A stretch of 6,511 nt of DNA from a virus (Duplodnaviria; Heunggongvirae; Uroviricota; Caudoviricetes): positions 1-6,511 of the IMG/VR virus record IMGVR_UViG_2698536485_000005. The stretch is one strand, 5' to 3'. The number at the start of each line of letters is the position of its first letter. Positions within the stretch are counted from its first letter, which is position 1. A program made the position numbers and the translations under genes. The notes beneath the pieces were generated by a model, which saw only the letters and a program-made list of their open reading frames with translations, did not search any database and had not been told where the DNA came from. Below are positions 4,607 through 6,511 of the stretch, piece by piece.

Positions 4607-5979
4607 GACAGGATATCGAAGCGAGCGTTATCGGTGGCCTGCTGATTGGTGGATTAACACCAACCGCCAGCGACGTTCTGGCAACACTGGAGCCGGAAGC
4701 GTTTTCAATTCCGCTCTACCGGAAAGCCTTCGAGGTTATCCGCAAGCAGGCGAGAAACAGAAACCTAATCGATGCGCTGATGGTTGCCGAGGCGTGCGGA
4801 GAGGAGCATTTCACGTCAATCCTGATGACCAGCAAAAACTGCCCGAGTGCCGCAAACCTGAAGGGATATGCCGGAATGGTCGCGGATAACTATCACCGCC
4901 GTCTGGTGCTGGAAATCATGGATGAAATGCGTGAACCAATTCAGAGCGGAACCATCGACGCATCGAGTCAGGCGATGGATGAACTTGTAAAACGTCTCTC
5001 AGCCATCAGAAAGCCCCGTGACGAGGTTAAACCTGTACGGTTAGGGGAAATCATTACTGACTACACTGACACGCTTGACAGGCGTCTGAGGAACGGAGAA
5101 GAGTCAGATACCCTGAAGACCGGAATCGAAGAACTTGATGCCATCACCGGAGGGATGAACGCGGAAGACCTGGTGATAATCGCTGCTCGTCCTGGTATGG
5201 GGAAAACCGAGCTGGCGCTGAAGATTGCCGAAGGCGTGGCAAGTCGTGTTATTCCTGGTTCTGACGTCCGGCGCGGAGTATTGATTTTCTCGATGGAAAT
5301 GAGCGCATTGCAGATTGCAGAGCGAAGCATTGCCAACGCCGGGAGGATGTCGGTTAGCGTACTGCGAAATCCTGCATCAATGGATGACGAGGGCTGGGCA
5401 CGTGTTGCTAACGGCATGAGTCAGCTTGCAGATTTGGATGTATGGGTAGTCGATGCCTCGCGGTTATCGGTCGAAGAAATACGCTCAATCGCAGAACGGC
5501 ACAAACAGGAAAATCCAAACCTCTCACTCATCATGGCGGATTATCTTGGCCTGATTGAGAAGCCGAAAGCAGACCGCAACGACCTCGCAATTGCTCACAT
5601 CTCAGGAAGCCTGAAGGCGATGGCGAAAGACCTGAAAACACCGGTTATCTCCCTAAGTCAGCTTTCGCGCGATGTTGAGAAGCGACCAAACAAACGCCCG
5701 ACAAACGCAGATTTGCGTGATTCAGGAAGCATTGAGCAGGACGCAGACTCAATCATCATGCTCTATCGGGAAGCGGTATATGACGAGAACAGTAGCGCCG
5801 CGCCATTTGCTGAAATCATCGTGACGAAAAACCGTTTTGGCTCACTTGGTACGGTTTACCAGCGGTTCTGCAACGGACACTTTGTTGCATGTGACCAGGA
5901 TGAAGCCAGACAGATTTGCACAGCATCAAATGCGCCTGCTGCGCGTGGCAGACGATATGCACAAGGGGCGGACGTATGA
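4603..5979 (+). CDS. DnaB-family replicative DNA helicase (458 aa; P22 gene-12-type phage helicase)
   Basis: AGGGGGA ribosome-binding site 6 nt upstream. DnaB N-terminal domain motifs (IGGLL..., [15 protein letters not shown]), Walker [13 protein letters not shown], and C-terminal [41 protein letters not shown] typical of DnaB helicases. Confidence 0.95.
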   Translation: MRQDIEASVIGGLLIGGLTPTASDVLATLEPEAFSIPLYRKAFEVIRKQARNRNLIDALMVAEACGEEHFTSILMTSKNCPSAANLKGYAGMVADNYHRRLVLEIMDEMREPIQSGTIDASSQAMDELVKRLSAIRKPRDEVKPVRLGEIITDYTDTLDRRLRNGEESDTLKTGIEELDAITGGMNAEDLVIIAARPGMGKTELALKIAEGVASRVIPGSDVRRGVLIFSMEMSALQIAERSIANAGRMSVSVLRNPASMDDEGWARVANGMSQLADLDVWVVDASRLSVEEIRSIAERHKQENPNLSLIMADYLGLIEKPKADRNDLAIAHISGSLKAMAKDLKTPVISLSQLSRDVEKRPNKRPTNADLRDSGSIEQDADSIIMLYREAVYDENSSAAPFAEIIVTKNRFGSLGTVYQRFCNGHFVACDQDEARQICTASNAPAARGRRYAQGADV

Positions 5980-6004
5980 CCATCTACATCACTGAGCTAA
6001 TAAC

Positions 6005-6036
6005 AGGGGCTATTTACACAGTAGCCCTTTTTTATT
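6005..6036 (+). terminator. Intrinsic terminator after the helicase gene (tR2-like position, before the nin region)
   Basis: Stem GGGCTA (6007..6012) / TAGCCC (6022..6027) with a 9-nt loop, followed by TTTTTT (6028..6033). Confidence 0.6.
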
Positions 6037-6057
6037 GGATTAAGAACGAGGGGGATC

Positions 6058-6273
6058 ATGATGGACACTGTTAACGGAATGTGTTCAGACGCACCGCGTG
6101 CCAAAAAATGTAAATGCGGAAAATCACCGACAATATTTGACATGGAGAACGGGTGCCAAATCTACTGCGCTAACCACGCCGCTGTGGCGGCCGCGAATTA
6201 TCGCAGTGCGGTAACGGAGTGGAATAACCTGAAATCTGTTAGAGAGGGAAGTCATGAAAAAACTAACCTTTGA
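6058..6273 (+). CDS. Small Cys-rich hypothetical protein (71 aa), possible zinc-binding
   Basis: GAGGGGG ribosome-binding site just upstream of ATG 6058. Five Cys arranged C-x8-C-x-C-x12-C-x3-C; the 3' end overlaps the ninB start by 20 nt. No family recognised. Confidence 0.55.
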   Translation: MMDTVNGMCSDAPRAKKCKCGKSPTIFDMENGCQIYCANHAAVAAANYRSAVTEWNNLKSVREGSHEKTNL

Positions 6274-6511
6274 AATTCGATCTCCAGCACATCAGCAAAA
6301 CGCTATTCACGCAGTACAGCAAATCCTTCCAGACCCAACCAAACCAATCGTAGTAACCATTCAGGAGCGCAACCGCAGCTTAGACCAGAATCGAAAGCTT
6401 TGGGCTTGCCTTGGTGACGTTTCTCGTCAGGTTGAATGGCATGGTCGCTGGCTGGATGCAGAAAGCTGGAAGTGCGTTTTTACAGCAGCATTAAAGCAGC
6501 AGGATGTTGTT
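6254..6511 (+). CDS. ninB: NinB (Orf-family recombination mediator), N-terminal 86 codons; continues past the right edge
   Basis: Translation MKKLTFEIRSPAHQQNAIHAVQQILPDPTKPIVVTIQERNRSLDQNRKLWACLGDVSRQVEWHGRWLDAESWKCVFTAALKQQDVV matches lambda NinB as I recall it; GAGGGA ribosome-binding site upstream; open to the window end. Not in the ORF track because it is partial. Confidence 0.9.
   Translation, partial: MKKLTFEIRSPAHQQNAIHAVQQILPDPTKPIVVTIQERNRSLDQNRKLWACLGDVSRQVEWHGRWLDAESWKCVFTAALKQQDVV

Noticed and set aside
4584-4889. 101-aa plus-strand ORF
   Set aside because: Out-of-frame overlap with the 5' end of the DnaB-type helicase; Arg/Gly-rich composition typical of an off-frame GC-rich translation.
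5061-5417. 118-aa minus-strand ORF
   Set aside because: Antisense within the helicase gene across its Walker A region; Ser/Ala/Pro-rich, typical of a spurious antisense frame.

Overview
This window is the immunity and early-replication core of a lambdoid (lambda/P22-type mosaic) enterobacterial prophage, read from the sequence alone with no database searches. From left to right: an A+T-rich accessory block (partial minus-strand ORF; 149-aa two-TM membrane protein on the minus strand; divergent 179-aa membrane protein on the plus strand, in the position and orientation typical of sieB-type exclusion genes), then pL/OL, a CI-type repressor (HTH plus LexA/S24 autopeptidase) on the minus strand, a three-operator OR region with pRM/pR, cro, a cII-like activator, a small unknown ORF, an O-like initiator carrying an internal iteron/AT-rich origin, a DnaB-family helicase, a terminator, a small Cys-rich ORF and the start of ninB. 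The best candidate for an undescribed system is the divergent membrane-protein pair at 346..1480 with its direct-repeat intergenic region; this rests on gene context and protein architecture, not on demonstrated homology or function. No N-like antiterminator gene was found between pL and the first leftward genes.
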